NCBI GenBank assembly: GCA_963796685.1
Contig: CAWCMR010000005.1
Coordinates: 96,001 to 160,000 of the forward strand
Length of the DNA: 64,000 nucleotides
Direction of reading: 5' to 3'
DNA from: an uncultured delta proteobacterium
GTDB taxonomy: Bacteria > Myxococcota_A > Polyangia > Fen-1088
Shown: piece by piece, positions 42,867-52,321 of the stretch
Layout of the letters: each line of letters opens with the position of its first letter
How positions within the stretch are numbered: position 1 is the stretch's first letter
The notes under the pieces: model-generated
Seen by the model: only the letters and a program-made list of their open reading frames with translations
Told to the model about the DNA's origin: nothing
Database searches by the model: none
Made by a program: the position numbers and the translations under genes

Positions 42867-45212
42867 TCAGTTGGGTTGGCAGACAGACCTCTTCGTGGTG
42901 TAGCCGCTGAGAGTAATGCCCAATTCCGAGGAGGTCGGGTGCCGATTGGCTCCGAAAATTGCGATTTCGTAGACCCGTCCAGTGGTAAGTCCAAGCTTTA
43001 CCGTTCCGGTCTTGAAATCGTCTGGTGACACCGCAGCTGGCGAGGTCTTCCCGCTGTTGGTAACGGTGCAGGCGGTCGACCCGGCGCTGGCGCCGGTCTG
43101 ATTTCCAGCGGCATCGAGACAGCCACCTGCCGTGTAGGTCGCATCGCCGGGGTCACCGGTGATGGCAACTTTTCCAGGTAACGACTGGTGAACGCCACCG
43201 AGATCAAGGACCAGGACACCGTTGATGAAGATAAAGAGATCATCGGCACCGTAGAGGTTGAGAGTGATACCGGTGGCGCCGTCATACACAAAGTAGTAAC
43301 GAGCTTCCATGGTGAAATAGAAGTCATGCTTGACCCCTGGGACAGCCGTCACCCAGCAGCCGTCGGTGAGCGTGGACCCGCTTGGACAATCAGCCGCCGT
43401 GACCAGGGGCGGAAAGAGATACTGGTCGCCCGCGCATGTCGTCCAGATGGCACTTCCGTTGCCGTGGTTCCAGTAGGGCCACAAGTTGCACAGCGTGGCC
43501 TGGGAAGCATTGAGCGTATCGAGCGGGAAGAATCCACCCTGAGCCAGGTGTGATTGGCTCGCGTACCGGTAGATATTCGTCCCGATGCTGGCCATCTCGA
43601 TCACTCCCGTGAAGGTCTTGTTCACCGTGCTGTCATCGTTGAACCATTGGTTGAAGCTCGTCGCATCCTTGTATGCGGGCACAGTGCCCGCCCAGATTGG
43701 GCCTGAGGGGCTGCTGGCGGTGTAGCCGGTGATGGTGCCGCTGGATACGCCAGCGTTGCCGGTCACGCTGACCGCCGAGCCGGCATTTCCGCCGAGATAA
43801 TCGCCCGCGCCATCGGAGAGCGGGCTGTCGCTGGCGGCCCGGGTGTAGTTGCCGGGAATCCTACTTGAATTCCCGATGTTCCAGTCGCTGAACTGGCAAG
43901 CGCAGGTCTTCGTGGTTCCCGGCTGCGGTTTGCCTTTGGACAAGGTGTCCGCCATGATCCCCCAGCAACGCGTGGTCGAGTCATTACCTTTCGACGGCCC
44001 GCCCGAGTTCGGAACGCAAATGGTCGTGGGTGACGTGGAGCCGGACTTCTTCGCGCCCAAAAAGAAGAAATCCGGGTGGCCTCCCGAGGCGACGTTCTCG
44101 GGCTGGAAATCGCGGTAGGTGACGGGCAGCTCCAGGCACTGGCCTGAACCCGATTGGCAGGTCGAGGAGTCCTGGACGATCTGGGTCGAGCAAGTGAAGC
44201 CATTCTCTATCTGGCAACTCGACGAACAGCCATCGCCACTCGTCAGGTTTCCATCGTCGCAGGCTTCACCTGGATCGATGTTGCCGTCGCCACACGCCGA
44301 CGTGCATGCTTGCGTCTTGCCAGAGCTGTCCTGGCAGGTCGGCTCCTTGGTGCAGGTCTTGGAGCAACCCCTACCGTCGCCATAGAACAGACCGTTCACC
44401 GCTTTGCAGCCGGTGGGTAGTCTCGTCGAATCGACGCCGCAGTCGCATAACTCGCCAGGCTCCACAACGCCGTTGCCACAAGTGTTTGAGGGCGGGACGA
44501 CCGACAATCCGCCTGTGCCAACCGTGCCACCCGCGCCGGTGACTCCTCCCATTCCTGCTATCCCGCCCGCGCCCGTGACGCCGCCACTTGGCAACACCCC
44601 TCCAGTACCAACGCCGCCAGAGCCCCCCGTTCCGTAGAAGCCTCCCGTTCCTGCCGTTGGAGCATCGAGGTGAAGGCCACCGGCGCCACCCATTCCGGCC
44701 ACATCGCCGTCACTAAACACAGGGGCATCAAAGTGACCGCCCCCCCCATCCACTGCTCCAGTCGTTCCCCCGTCCCCTTCAACGTCGCGTGAGTCGCTTG
44801 CATCCGATTCCAAGACCCCGGCGTCTCCGTCGTTTCCAGGGCCAAGGACGACTGTGATGTTGGTCTGTCCTCCGGTGACGATAGGTGCGGCGCTCTCTCC
44901 ATGTGAGACTAGGCCGCCAGCCGAATTCAATGCGTCTATGGCGATGCTAATGGTCCCGCTGCTCGAATGCGGCAGGTCCAAGACGAACGTCGCACCGGGA
45001 GAAAAGCTGATAGGGGCCGTGGAGCTCGTTCTCGGGAACAGCTCAATGTCGGTCCTTCCAGCGTAGGCGAGGTTCACGCGGAGCTGCGTTACAGGAGGCA
45101 GCCCCGCTGGGGCTGTCGCGGTGACGTAGACCACCGAATCCGACTCCGTCTTGCTGCATCCCTCACCGATGAGGGCGGCGCAAAGGACGAGAATCGCGCC
45201 TGTTCGTTTCAT
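42867..45212 (-). CDS. Second fibro-slime/DUF4215 Cys-rich secreted lipoprotein
   Basis: MKRTGAILVLCAALIGEGC signal, Gly/Thr linker, CGDGNIDPGEACDDGN, HDFYFTMEARYYF, DDLFIFINGVLVLDLGGVH; ATGA overlap with the upstream gene. Confidence 0.85.
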   Translation of the reverse strand: MKRTGAILVLCAALIGEGCSKTESDSVVYVTATAPAGLPPVTQLRVNLAYAGRTDIELFPRTSSTAPISFSPGATFVLDLPHSSSGTISIAIDALNSAGGLVSHGESAAPIVTGGQTNITVVLGPGNDGDAGVLESDASDSRDVEGDGGTTGAVDGGGGHFDAPVFSDGDVAGMGGAGGLHLDAPTAGTGGFYGTGGSGGVGTGGVLPSGGVTGAGGIAGMGGVTGAGGTVGTGGLSVVPPSNTCGNGVVEPGELCDCGVDSTRLPTGCKAVNGLFYGDGRGCSKTCTKEPTCQDSSGKTQACTSACGDGNIDPGEACDDGNLTSGDGCSSSCQIENGFTCSTQIVQDSSTCQSGSGQCLELPVTYRDFQPENVASGGHPDFFFLGAKKSGSTSPTTICVPNSGGPSKGNDSTTRCWGIMADTLSKGKPQPGTTKTCACQFSDWNIGNSSRIPGNYTRAASDSPLSDGAGDYLGGNAGSAVSVTGNAGVSSGTITGYTASSPSGPIWAGTVPAYKDATSFNQWFNDDSTVNKTFTGVIEMASIGTNIYRYASQSHLAQGGFFPLDTLNASQATLCNLWPYWNHGNGSAIWTTCAGDQYLFPPLVTAADCPSGSTLTDGCWVTAVPGVKHDFYFTMEARYYFVYDGATGITLNLYGADDLFIFINGVLVLDLGGVHQSLPGKVAITGDPGDATYTAGGCLDAAGNQTGASAGSTACTVTNSGKTSPAAVSPDDFKTGTVKLGLTTGRVYEIAIFGANRHPTSSELGITLSGYTTKRSVCQPN

Positions 45213-46009
45213 GGGAACACCGTCCTTGCACCAAGGGTTGAGCTGGGGTTCTTCGTGCCACTGCCAGAAGACGAAAGGACGATGGCCGTAACCGTGCCAG
45301 CCGCCACAACCGCACCAACCCCGGTCCAGAACCACCACGTCGTATAGAACGCAGATGAGCCACCGGCTTCCTTGCGCGGCGTCGCTGCCGTCAGATCCAA
45401 CCCGGCCGGCTGTATCGCAGGTGTAAACGAACGCTGCGAAGCTGGCTGCTCGGCCGGCGGGGAAGGCTTGGCCGTCGGGAGTTGAGCCGGCTCAGGGAGC
45501 AATGGTGGTGGTGGTGGAACATAGGCGGGTTGCGGAACCGGGATGGGTGGCGGACTTGCCTTCACCTTCGCCGCAGGCGGTTGTGGTTGGGCGGCGGCGG
45601 GCTTGTCGAACGGGTCGTAGTTGGAGTTGAGCCCAGCCTCGATGTTGCGAATGCGGGCCTCGACCTGCGTGCGGTTGGGATCGTCTGGAGGCGACTTCTT
45701 CAAGAACTGCTGGAAGAAGTCCAGGGCTTCGGCATTCTTGTCCAGCTTTCGGTAGCACTGGCCGATATTGAACAGGAAGGCGGCGTCCGGCTTGGCGACG
45801 TAGGCAGCCTTGTATTCCTTCAAGGCCTCCTCATACTCGCGGACTTCATATAGGCGCGTGGCGGTCTCGTAGTGCGCTCTCGCAATAGTCTTGTCGCTCT
45901 CTCCTGCCTGGGCAGGCAAGGCAAGTGAGACACAAAAAGCGGCGACGATTACGCCCCCCATCCGGCGCACCATCGACTGCTTCCATCCAGCATAGCTCAC
46001 CACGTACAT
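45209..46009 (-). CDS. Exported TPR protein with Pro-rich linker and C-terminal hydrophobic segment
   Basis: Signal peptide (AQA), TPRs (ARAHYETA...FLFNIGQCYRKL), then FYTTWWFWTGVGAVVAAG. Confidence 0.82.
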   Translation of the reverse strand: MYVVSYAGWKQSMVRRMGGVIVAAFCVSLALPAQAGESDKTIARAHYETATRLYEVREYEEALKEYKAAYVAKPDAAFLFNIGQCYRKLDKNAEALDFFQQFLKKSPPDDPNRTQVEARIRNIEAGLNSNYDPFDKPAAAQPQPPAAKVKASPPPIPVPQPAYVPPPPPLLPEPAQLPTAKPSPPAEQPASQRSFTPAIQPAGLDLTAATPRKEAGGSSAFYTTWWFWTGVGAVVAAGTVTAIVLSSSGSGTKNPSSTLGARTVFP

Positions 46010-46319
46010 GCCGGCATGGTATCACCGACTCTGGACGGTGGCTGCCAGCGCCGTTGCAAATTCGTGTCGGTCCGAATCCTACAGACCGCGACCTTGGGGC
46101 AAACCGTATTCCGTTCCCGTCGCTCTAGAGGCTACGAGTCTGAGGGCTGTCGGGCTGACCAGCCTGGTTGGCCAAGGATGGCATCGAGACATCTTCGGCC
46201 GAGGTCATGCCCTTGTGCTTCCGGCGCCCAGGTATCGGCGGTGATCATGCTTTCCGGCGGCTGCTATACGTGGACGGTTATCAAGTCGACCGAATTGCCA
46301 AAGCTCAATGGCGCCCAAC

Positions 46320-46444
46320 CCAGGCAAGGCACGCAGCAACTTCTCTATCGGCGTGCCGACAGCGTCTGCCGCCTTGGCGATGAATCCTGGATTCTCCAGC
46401 AGGCTCTTCGCTCGGGCCAGAGCGGCCAGGTCCGTCTCGGTCAT
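46320..46444 (-). pseudogene. N-terminal fragment of an EcsC-family protein
   Basis: MTETDLAALARAKSLLENPGFIAKAADAVGTPIEKLLRALP resembles EcsC N-termini; similarity ends abruptly. Confidence 0.55.
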
Positions 46445-46741
46445 GCTTGGCTGCTCAGGCGCCCAAATCCGATGCGGGTTGGCTTTGCCATGCGGTCTCC
46501 TCCCGGTAACCTCTTCGGCTGATTATGGTACCATCATAGCGCGTGACAGAGCCTTTCCACGCGTCGAGGACGAACCATGCGGTGCCAGGGCGATCGAAGA
46601 GGCAGCGTGTGTAGCTGCTCAAACGGTCGATGGATTTGCCTGGGCTGAAGCCCACAAAGGCCGACATCGCAGCCCCTGACGTGCCCCGTAACACCGGACG
46701 ACGTTGGCAAGCGGGCTGCCGGTGCGTACGATACAGGTTCG

Positions 46742-48250
46742 ATGCGTCGTCTATCCTCGTTCCTGGTTGCTTCCATCTTGGTCGCGGTTCCTTCATGCGG
46801 ACGCACGGACCTCCACACCCCGGCTGCCGATGCCGGAGGGACGATGGTTCTTGTCGGTGTGTCAGGTACTGGGGGAGCCTCTGCAGCGGGAGGCGTTGTG
46901 GGCGCCGGCGGGGAAGGCTCAGGGGCTGGCGGTTCGAGCCCAGACACGTGCTACAGCGACAGTGATTGCGTGAGGTGCATCTGGGAAACGGCCCCTTCAG
47001 ATTGGAATGTCTGCGTTGGCTCCTATTGCTGCGGCGGAATGATCACCACTACGGCTCAATGCGAAGCAAACCAGGCGGCATGGAATCGGTATTGTCCTGG
47101 GCAGGTCCCGACTGCGGAAAGTTGTCCGTGCGTCTTTCCGACGTGTCAAGGTCAAGCCATGCCCTCCGTTGCCTGCTCAGGTGGGCGATGCGGTCTTTGG
47201 TGCCCATCTGTCGGCGGTGCTGGTGGCGGTGTCCCAGCGGCAGGAGGCATGATTGGTGCTGGCGGGTCAACCTTGGGCTCTGGCGGCGTGTCGGGCAGCG
47301 GTGGCTATTCGGGAAATGACGGAACTGGAGGCATGGCTGGAGGCATGGCTGGAAGCAACGCTTACGGCACGCCCTGCACAACCAACCAGGACTGCCCGTC
47401 GGATGCGGTCTGCTGTGACGGCTCCGATGAAGCGTGCGATGCCACCAGACTACCGGCTGGTGATGGCCCCAACCCTGGAGAGCTCATCGTCAGCTCGGAT
47501 GGGGCCACCGTGACGGATACAATCACCGGCCTGGTTTGGCAACGCGACGGCTCGGGGTCACGGCCAAACTGCGCGGCTGATCCGGACTGCACTTGGGCCG
47601 AGTCCCAGGCCTACTGTGCATCGCTCACCTTAGGTGGCGTGTCCCGCTGGCGAGTGCCTGCAAGGAACGAACTGGTCACCATCGTGGACTTCACCAAAAC
47701 GAATCCGCCCTCCATCGACGAGACAGCGTTCCCGAACACGCCATACGCGTCATCGGATTGGTTCCAGACGTCGACGTCGGATGCTTCCGCCGGGGGCTGG
47801 AGATGGAATGTCGGATTCTACGATGGCAGATCGGACGGCAGCGAAGTAGGCAGGGTGCGCTGCGTTCGAGGTTCGAGGTGCTTTCCAATCAATCGATTCG
47901 CGATGCTTGATGGCGGACTCGTGCGCGACACCCAAACCAGCCTCGTGTGGCAGCGGCAGGCAGGCCCCTCCATGACGTGGGCGGCAGCCCAGACCTATTG
48001 TTCATCTGCTGGCTCGGGTTTTCGTGCGCCCACAGTCAAAGAGCTGATTTCCCTCGTGGACCTCACAGTGACCTCTGGAGAGACCATCAACCAGGCAGCC
48101 TTTCCGAACATGCCCGTCGCACCTTTCTGGACGTCCTCTCCGAATGAAACTTCCTCCGGCTCGCCATGGCACGTCCTGTTCGGTTGGGGTGGCTACTCGG
48201 ACGGTTTGGACCTGGTGGGCGAGGCGGCCGTCGTGCTCTGTGTCCGGTAA
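46742..48250 (+). CDS. Lipoprotein with two DUF1566 (Lcl C-terminal) domains
   Basis: Signal ending AVPSC, Gly-rich and Cys-rich segments; VTDTITGLVWQR...WRVPARNEL and VRDTQTSLVWQR...FRAPTVKEL...FWTSS. Confidence 0.85.
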   Translation: MRRLSSFLVASILVAVPSCGRTDLHTPAADAGGTMVLVGVSGTGGASAAGGVVGAGGEGSGAGGSSPDTCYSDSDCVRCIWETAPSDWNVCVGSYCCGGMITTTAQCEANQAAWNRYCPGQVPTAESCPCVFPTCQGQAMPSVACSGGRCGLWCPSVGGAGGGVPAAGGMIGAGGSTLGSGGVSGSGGYSGNDGTGGMAGGMAGSNAYGTPCTTNQDCPSDAVCCDGSDEACDATRLPAGDGPNPGELIVSSDGATVTDTITGLVWQRDGSGSRPNCAADPDCTWAESQAYCASLTLGGVSRWRVPARNELVTIVDFTKTNPPSIDETAFPNTPYASSDWFQTSTSDASAGGWRWNVGFYDGRSDGSEVGRVRCVRGSRCFPINRFAMLDGGLVRDTQTSLVWQRQAGPSMTWAAAQTYCSSAGSGFRAPTVKELISLVDLTVTSGETINQAAFPNMPVAPFWTSSPNETSSGSPWHVLFGWGGYSDGLDLVGEAAVVLCVR

Positions 48251-48762
48251 GACTGACGGACGATGGAGGTGCTTCCTGTCGCCTGTGTACGGCGGGGCAC
48301 TTCGCGCAGGAAGAAGTGACGAAACCTCCTCCTTCGAACGGCATCTGACGTGCGCAGCATAGCTTATGGGGTCGGCGGTCCAAGGGCGGGCAATTTGAAA
48401 ACGAGAAACGGGAGAGCGGCGTTCGGTAGCCAGGAAGGTTTGCGCTCTTGGCTCCGCTGAGGTCGGGCAGGTCGAGCGAGACGGTGGGTGGCGGCCTGAA
48501 CCCTGGCGGCGTAGGCCGACCGTCGCTCTCCCGGCGGGTTCCATCCCACGGGCCTTGGAGGCCACAAGGGTGCAACACTATGGACGGCAACCCCACGATG
48601 TAGGCCATCACGTACCTCCTTTCTTGGGAGGGCGATACGGGCGATTTCGTCGAGGGTCTCCGAATCATGCTCGTGTTCCATGTCGCCCGAGCCCTCCAGG
48701 AACCCTCTTCCTTCGAAGATCGCCAAGTGTCCAAGCCTCGCGGTCTTTGCTATTCTGTCGCC

Positions 48763-49311
48763 GTGCAGTTGGTCACCGATGCCGAGGACTTGGAGTTTCG
48801 ATGCGCGACTTCTGCGGACGCGGCCGATGTTGTCGGGTTGGTCGAGAGCGCCTATCGCGGCGATGCGAGTCGGGCGGGCTGGACCACCGAGGCCGATCTA
48901 CTCGACGGACAGCGCACCGACGCCGAGGAGCTGGCCGGCATTCTTGCGGATCCGGACGCGCGCTTGTTGTTGGCCGCGCGCGGGCACGAAATTGTGGGGT
49001 GCGTTCTGCTGCGACGGGAGGCGGTCACTGGCGCGTACATCGGCATGCTGGCCGTGCGCCCGTTCCTTCAGGCGCTTGGAATTGGCAAGCGCCTCCTTGC
49101 CGAGGCGGAGAAGCGCGCTCGCGCCGAGTTTGGGACCAAGCGGTCGAGGATGACCGTCATCGAGCAACGCCAAGATCTCATCGCGTGGTACGTCCGGCGA
49201 GGTTATCGCGTCACGACGCGCACCGAGCCATTTCCCTATGGCAACCCCCGATTCGGATCGCCCAGGCGGGCAGATTTGCGATTCGTGGTCCTCGAGAAGA
49301 CCCTCACGTAG
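48763..49311 (+). CDS. GNAT-family N-acetyltransferase
   Basis: SAYRGDASRAGWTTEADLLDGQR, GMLAVRPFLQALGIGKRLL, WYVRRGY, EPFPYG. Confidence 0.88.
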   Translation: MQLVTDAEDLEFRCATSADAADVVGLVESAYRGDASRAGWTTEADLLDGQRTDAEELAGILADPDARLLLAARGHEIVGCVLLRREAVTGAYIGMLAVRPFLQALGIGKRLLAEAEKRARAEFGTKRSRMTVIEQRQDLIAWYVRRGYRVTTRTEPFPYGNPRFGSPRRADLRFVVLEKTLT

Positions 49312-49343
49312 AAGATTGGCGGGTGCGCCGGCGCGGGCCCCGG

Positions 49344-50396
49344 TTATTGGAATTTGACGTCGTCGATGAGGAGGTCCACGTCGCACGAGGTGCTGTCGGT
49401 GGAGGTGGGAACCGTGACCTGCCACTGCAAGCCCACGACTTGTTTCGCGGCGTCCGTCGACCATTTCGAGAAATCGGCAAGGGCTTTGGTAACGACCGTC
49501 GCGGTGTCGCTCGGCACCACAATCTTGGCGTAGCTCGGGAAGCCGTAGCAGGAGGCGGCGGATGCGTCACAACCGCCGGCCGGATCCGCGGTGGTCGGGC
49601 GCTGAGCCCAGGTCTGGATCTGCAGCTCGAGAGCGCACGTGGACGCGGCCGTACCGGCGAACGAACCCGAAATGGAGAACGACACCGAGCTGAAGGAGGC
49701 GACCGTCGCGCAATCGTTGAAGCTCAGGCCACCGCCGGCGTAGTCGCCCGCCACGACAGAGCCCGTGAGATGCAGCTTCGTGGCAGTCGTATCCACGGAG
49801 CCCTTCATGGTGGAGCCGTTTGCACCATTGTAGCCATACACGCTGCCGTACACGTTGCTCTGGCTGCCCCATTTGCCCGAGCTGATGGAGTAGTCCGAAA
49901 AGTCGGTGATGCCGCCATTGCTGCCATTTGCTGGCGTCACCGGGTTGCTGCAGTCCAAGGCCCCTTGGGACGAGGAGCCGCCCGTGCCGGGCGCCCCGCC
50001 GGAGTCTGCCATGCCACCGCTTCCGGACGAACCGCCGCTGGCGCTGGACCCGCCCTCGCCGGAGCTGCCGCCGGTATCCGAGTTGCCGCCGGTATCCGAG
50101 CTGCCGCCGGTATCCGAGCTGCCGCCGGTATCCGAGCTGCCGCCCTCGCCATTTCCGCCGCTGGCGCTGGACCCGCCGTGTCCGCTCGAACCGCCGGAGC
50201 CCGTATTGCCCCCCGTGCTGGTGGTTCCGCCCGTGTCGGTCCTTCCTCCCGAGCTGGTCGCGCCACCGGAGCCATTACCTCCGCTGCCGGAGGCCCGGTC
50301 AGGGCCTTGTTGCTTGCAGCTCGCCGTTGCCAGCACGAAAGTCACGCTTCCGATCAACACGGTGAAGGTCAATTTCGTCATCGCCGCCGTCCGCAT
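49344..50396 (-). CDS. Lipoprotein with Gly/Ser linker and putative galactose-binding-like carbohydrate-binding domain
   Basis: Lipobox LATASC; YAGGGLSF, VVGLQWQ and C-terminal IDDVKF typical of CBM-like beta-sandwich domains. Confidence 0.7.
   Translation of the reverse strand: MRTAAMTKLTFTVLIGSVTFVLATASCKQQGPDRASGSGGNGSGGATSSGGRTDTGGTTSTGGNTGSGGSSGHGGSSASGGNGEGGSSDTGGSSDTGGSSDTGGNSDTGGSSGEGGSSASGGSSGSGGMADSGGAPGTGGSSSQGALDCSNPVTPANGSNGGITDFSDYSISSGKWGSQSNVYGSVYGYNGANGSTMKGSVDTTATKLHLTGSVVAGDYAGGGLSFNDCATVASFSSVSFSISGSFAGTAASTCALELQIQTWAQRPTTADPAGGCDASAASCYGFPSYAKIVVPSDTATVVTKALADFSKWSTDAAKQVVGLQWQVTVPTSTDSTSCDVDLLIDDVKFQ
50062..50144. repeat. 18-bp coding tandem repeat (GGSSDT, ~4.5 copies)
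   Basis: GAGCTGCCGCCGGTATCC units at 50062, 50080, 50098, 50116 and 50134. Confidence 0.85.
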
Positions 50397-50577
50397 ACGC
50401 GAGCCCTTTCCTGACGTCGCTTGTCAGTCATGGTTTGGATCCGCGTACTCCTACCAGCGAACCTTTCACGACACAAGCGCGGTGACTGCGCCCTGAAGTA
50501 CCACCGGCCACGACCCACGACCACGACGTTCTGCGGCTATCGCGGATGATGACTGCGGTTTCCGGCCGAGCCTGATG

Positions 50578-50875
50578 GTGCACGAACGAAAGCCGACCGC
50601 GATAGGCCGGATAGCGTTCGAGCATGCGCTCGACCGCCAGAAGGCGCTCCTCGATTCCCTTGGTGTAGTCGAGCCTGTCCATGCCGAGGCCGAGAATGGC
50701 ATCCACACCGAGGCCCAGCTCTGCGAAGACGCTCTTGCGGCATTCCGCCACCGGCGGTGCGCTGGCCACCCACCGACAGGGCCATTCCAGGGAAATGGGA
50801 TAGGCGCGACCAAGGCCGGCCGGCCGCGCTGGATCACGGCCATCGACTCGCGATCGATGCGGGCCTCGAGGTAGC
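50578..50875 (-). pseudogene. otsA: Internal fragment of trehalose-6-phosphate synthase (GT20)
   Basis: YLEARIDRE..., a frameshift, then YPISLEWP...LGLGMDRLDYTKGIEERLLAVERMLERYPAYRGRLSFV; both termini missing. Confidence 0.78.
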
Positions 50876-50934
50876 GCGGTGGAGACAGCGGGCCGTCTCT
50901 CCATGTATCCTTCCTCGCACAAACCGGAATACCC

Positions 50935-52296
50935 ATGAACAAATCCGTTCTGATCGTGGATGATGACGCCGCCCTGTGCGAGCTGGTCGTGGATGGCCTT
51001 GGACGAGAAGGGTTCGACGTGCACAGCGCCACCACGCCCGAGGCGGCGCTGGCCGCCATGGCGAACGGCGATTTCGAGGCGGCGCTGGTCGACCTCAACA
51101 TGCCCAAGATGAACGGACTAGAGCTGGCCCGACGCCTTCTGGATCAGAGGCCGGACATGCCTATCGTGGTCATCACCGCATTCGGCAGCATGGAGACGGC
51201 CATCTCCGCGATTCGCGCCGGAGCCTACGATTTCGTCACCAAGCCGTTCGAGATGGAGCAGCTCGTGGTGGTGGTCGAGCGTGCCTGTCAGAATCGGCAA
51301 CTGCGCGAGGAAGTGCGCCGTCTGCGCGAAGCGGTCACGGACGCCAGGCCCTTTTCGGACATCTTGGGCGAGTCCTCCGAGGTTCGCCGCATGTGTGGCC
51401 TGATTGATGGCGCCGCCCAAACCGATTCCACGGTGCTGGTGATGGGGGAAAGCGGAACCGGCAAGGAGTTGGTGGCGCGCGCGCTTCACGAACGCGGCCC
51501 GCGCAAAGCCGGCCCCTTCGTGGCCATGAACTGCGCGGCCATGACCGATTCCCTGCTGGAGAGCGAGCTCTTCGGGCATGCCCGCGGAGCTTTCACCGAT
51601 GCCAAGGAAGCCCGCGTCGGACTGTTCGTGAAAGCGGGAACTGGGACGTTGTTCCTGGACGAAATCGGCGACATGCCGGCGGGCATGCAAGCCAAGCTCC
51701 TACGCGCGCTCGAGGCCCGCGTGGTGCGCCCCGTGGGCAGCGACAACGAGGTCCCGTTCCGCGCCCGCATCATCGCGGCGACCAACCGGGATCTCGAGAG
51801 CGAAGTCGAAGAGGGACGTTTCCGGCAAGACCTCTATTTCCGCATCAACGTCATCCGCATCCTGGTCCCGCCGCTACGGTCGCGCGCTGGCGACATCTTG
51901 CTTCTGGCACAGAGCTTTGCCGAAAAGCTCGCCAAGCGCGTGGACAAGAAGGTGACCGGTATTTCCGCGATGGCGGCGGAGCGGCTGCTCGCCTATCCGT
52001 GGCCGGGCAACGTGCGCGAGCTGCAGAATGCCATCGAGCGCGCCGTGGCCCTCACCCACTACGAAGAGCTGGTCGTCGAGGACCTTCCCGAGGCCGTGCG
52101 TTCCTACAAGCGGACGCCCCTGCTGCCCATGGGAGAGGACTCGTCCGAGCTTTTGCCCATGCACGAAGTGGAGAAGCGCTACATCCTGCGCGTCCTCGAA
52201 GCGGTGGGCGGCAACAAAACCTCGGCCGCGCAGATCCTCGGCTTCGACCGCCGTACCATGTACCGCAAGCTCAAGCGTTTCGACCAAAGCAAGTAG
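50935..52296 (+). CDS. Sigma54-dependent response regulator (ZraR/AtoC family)
   Basis: REC domain, [44 protein letters not shown]. Confidence 0.93.
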   Translation: MNKSVLIVDDDAALCELVVDGLGREGFDVHSATTPEAALAAMANGDFEAALVDLNMPKMNGLELARRLLDQRPDMPIVVITAFGSMETAISAIRAGAYDFVTKPFEMEQLVVVVERACQNRQLREEVRRLREAVTDARPFSDILGESSEVRRMCGLIDGAAQTDSTVLVMGESGTGKELVARALHERGPRKAGPFVAMNCAAMTDSLLESELFGHARGAFTDAKEARVGLFVKAGTGTLFLDEIGDMPAGMQAKLLRALEARVVRPVGSDNEVPFRARIIAATNRDLESEVEEGRFRQDLYFRINVIRILVPPLRSRAGDILLLAQSFAEKLAKRVDKKVTGISAMAAERLLAYPWPGNVRELQNAIERAVALTHYEELVVEDLPEAVRSYKRTPLLPMGEDSSELLPMHEVEKRYILRVLEAVGGNKTSAAQILGFDRRTMYRKLKRFDQSK

Positions 52297-52321
52297 CGAT
52301 AGGGCATACTCACGCCCCGTG

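Noticed and set aside
48300-48725. Possible degenerate copies of the REP core (AACCCT...GGGTTCCAT) and short ORFs
   Set aside because: Matches are too short and dispersed, and no recognisable protein motif was found.
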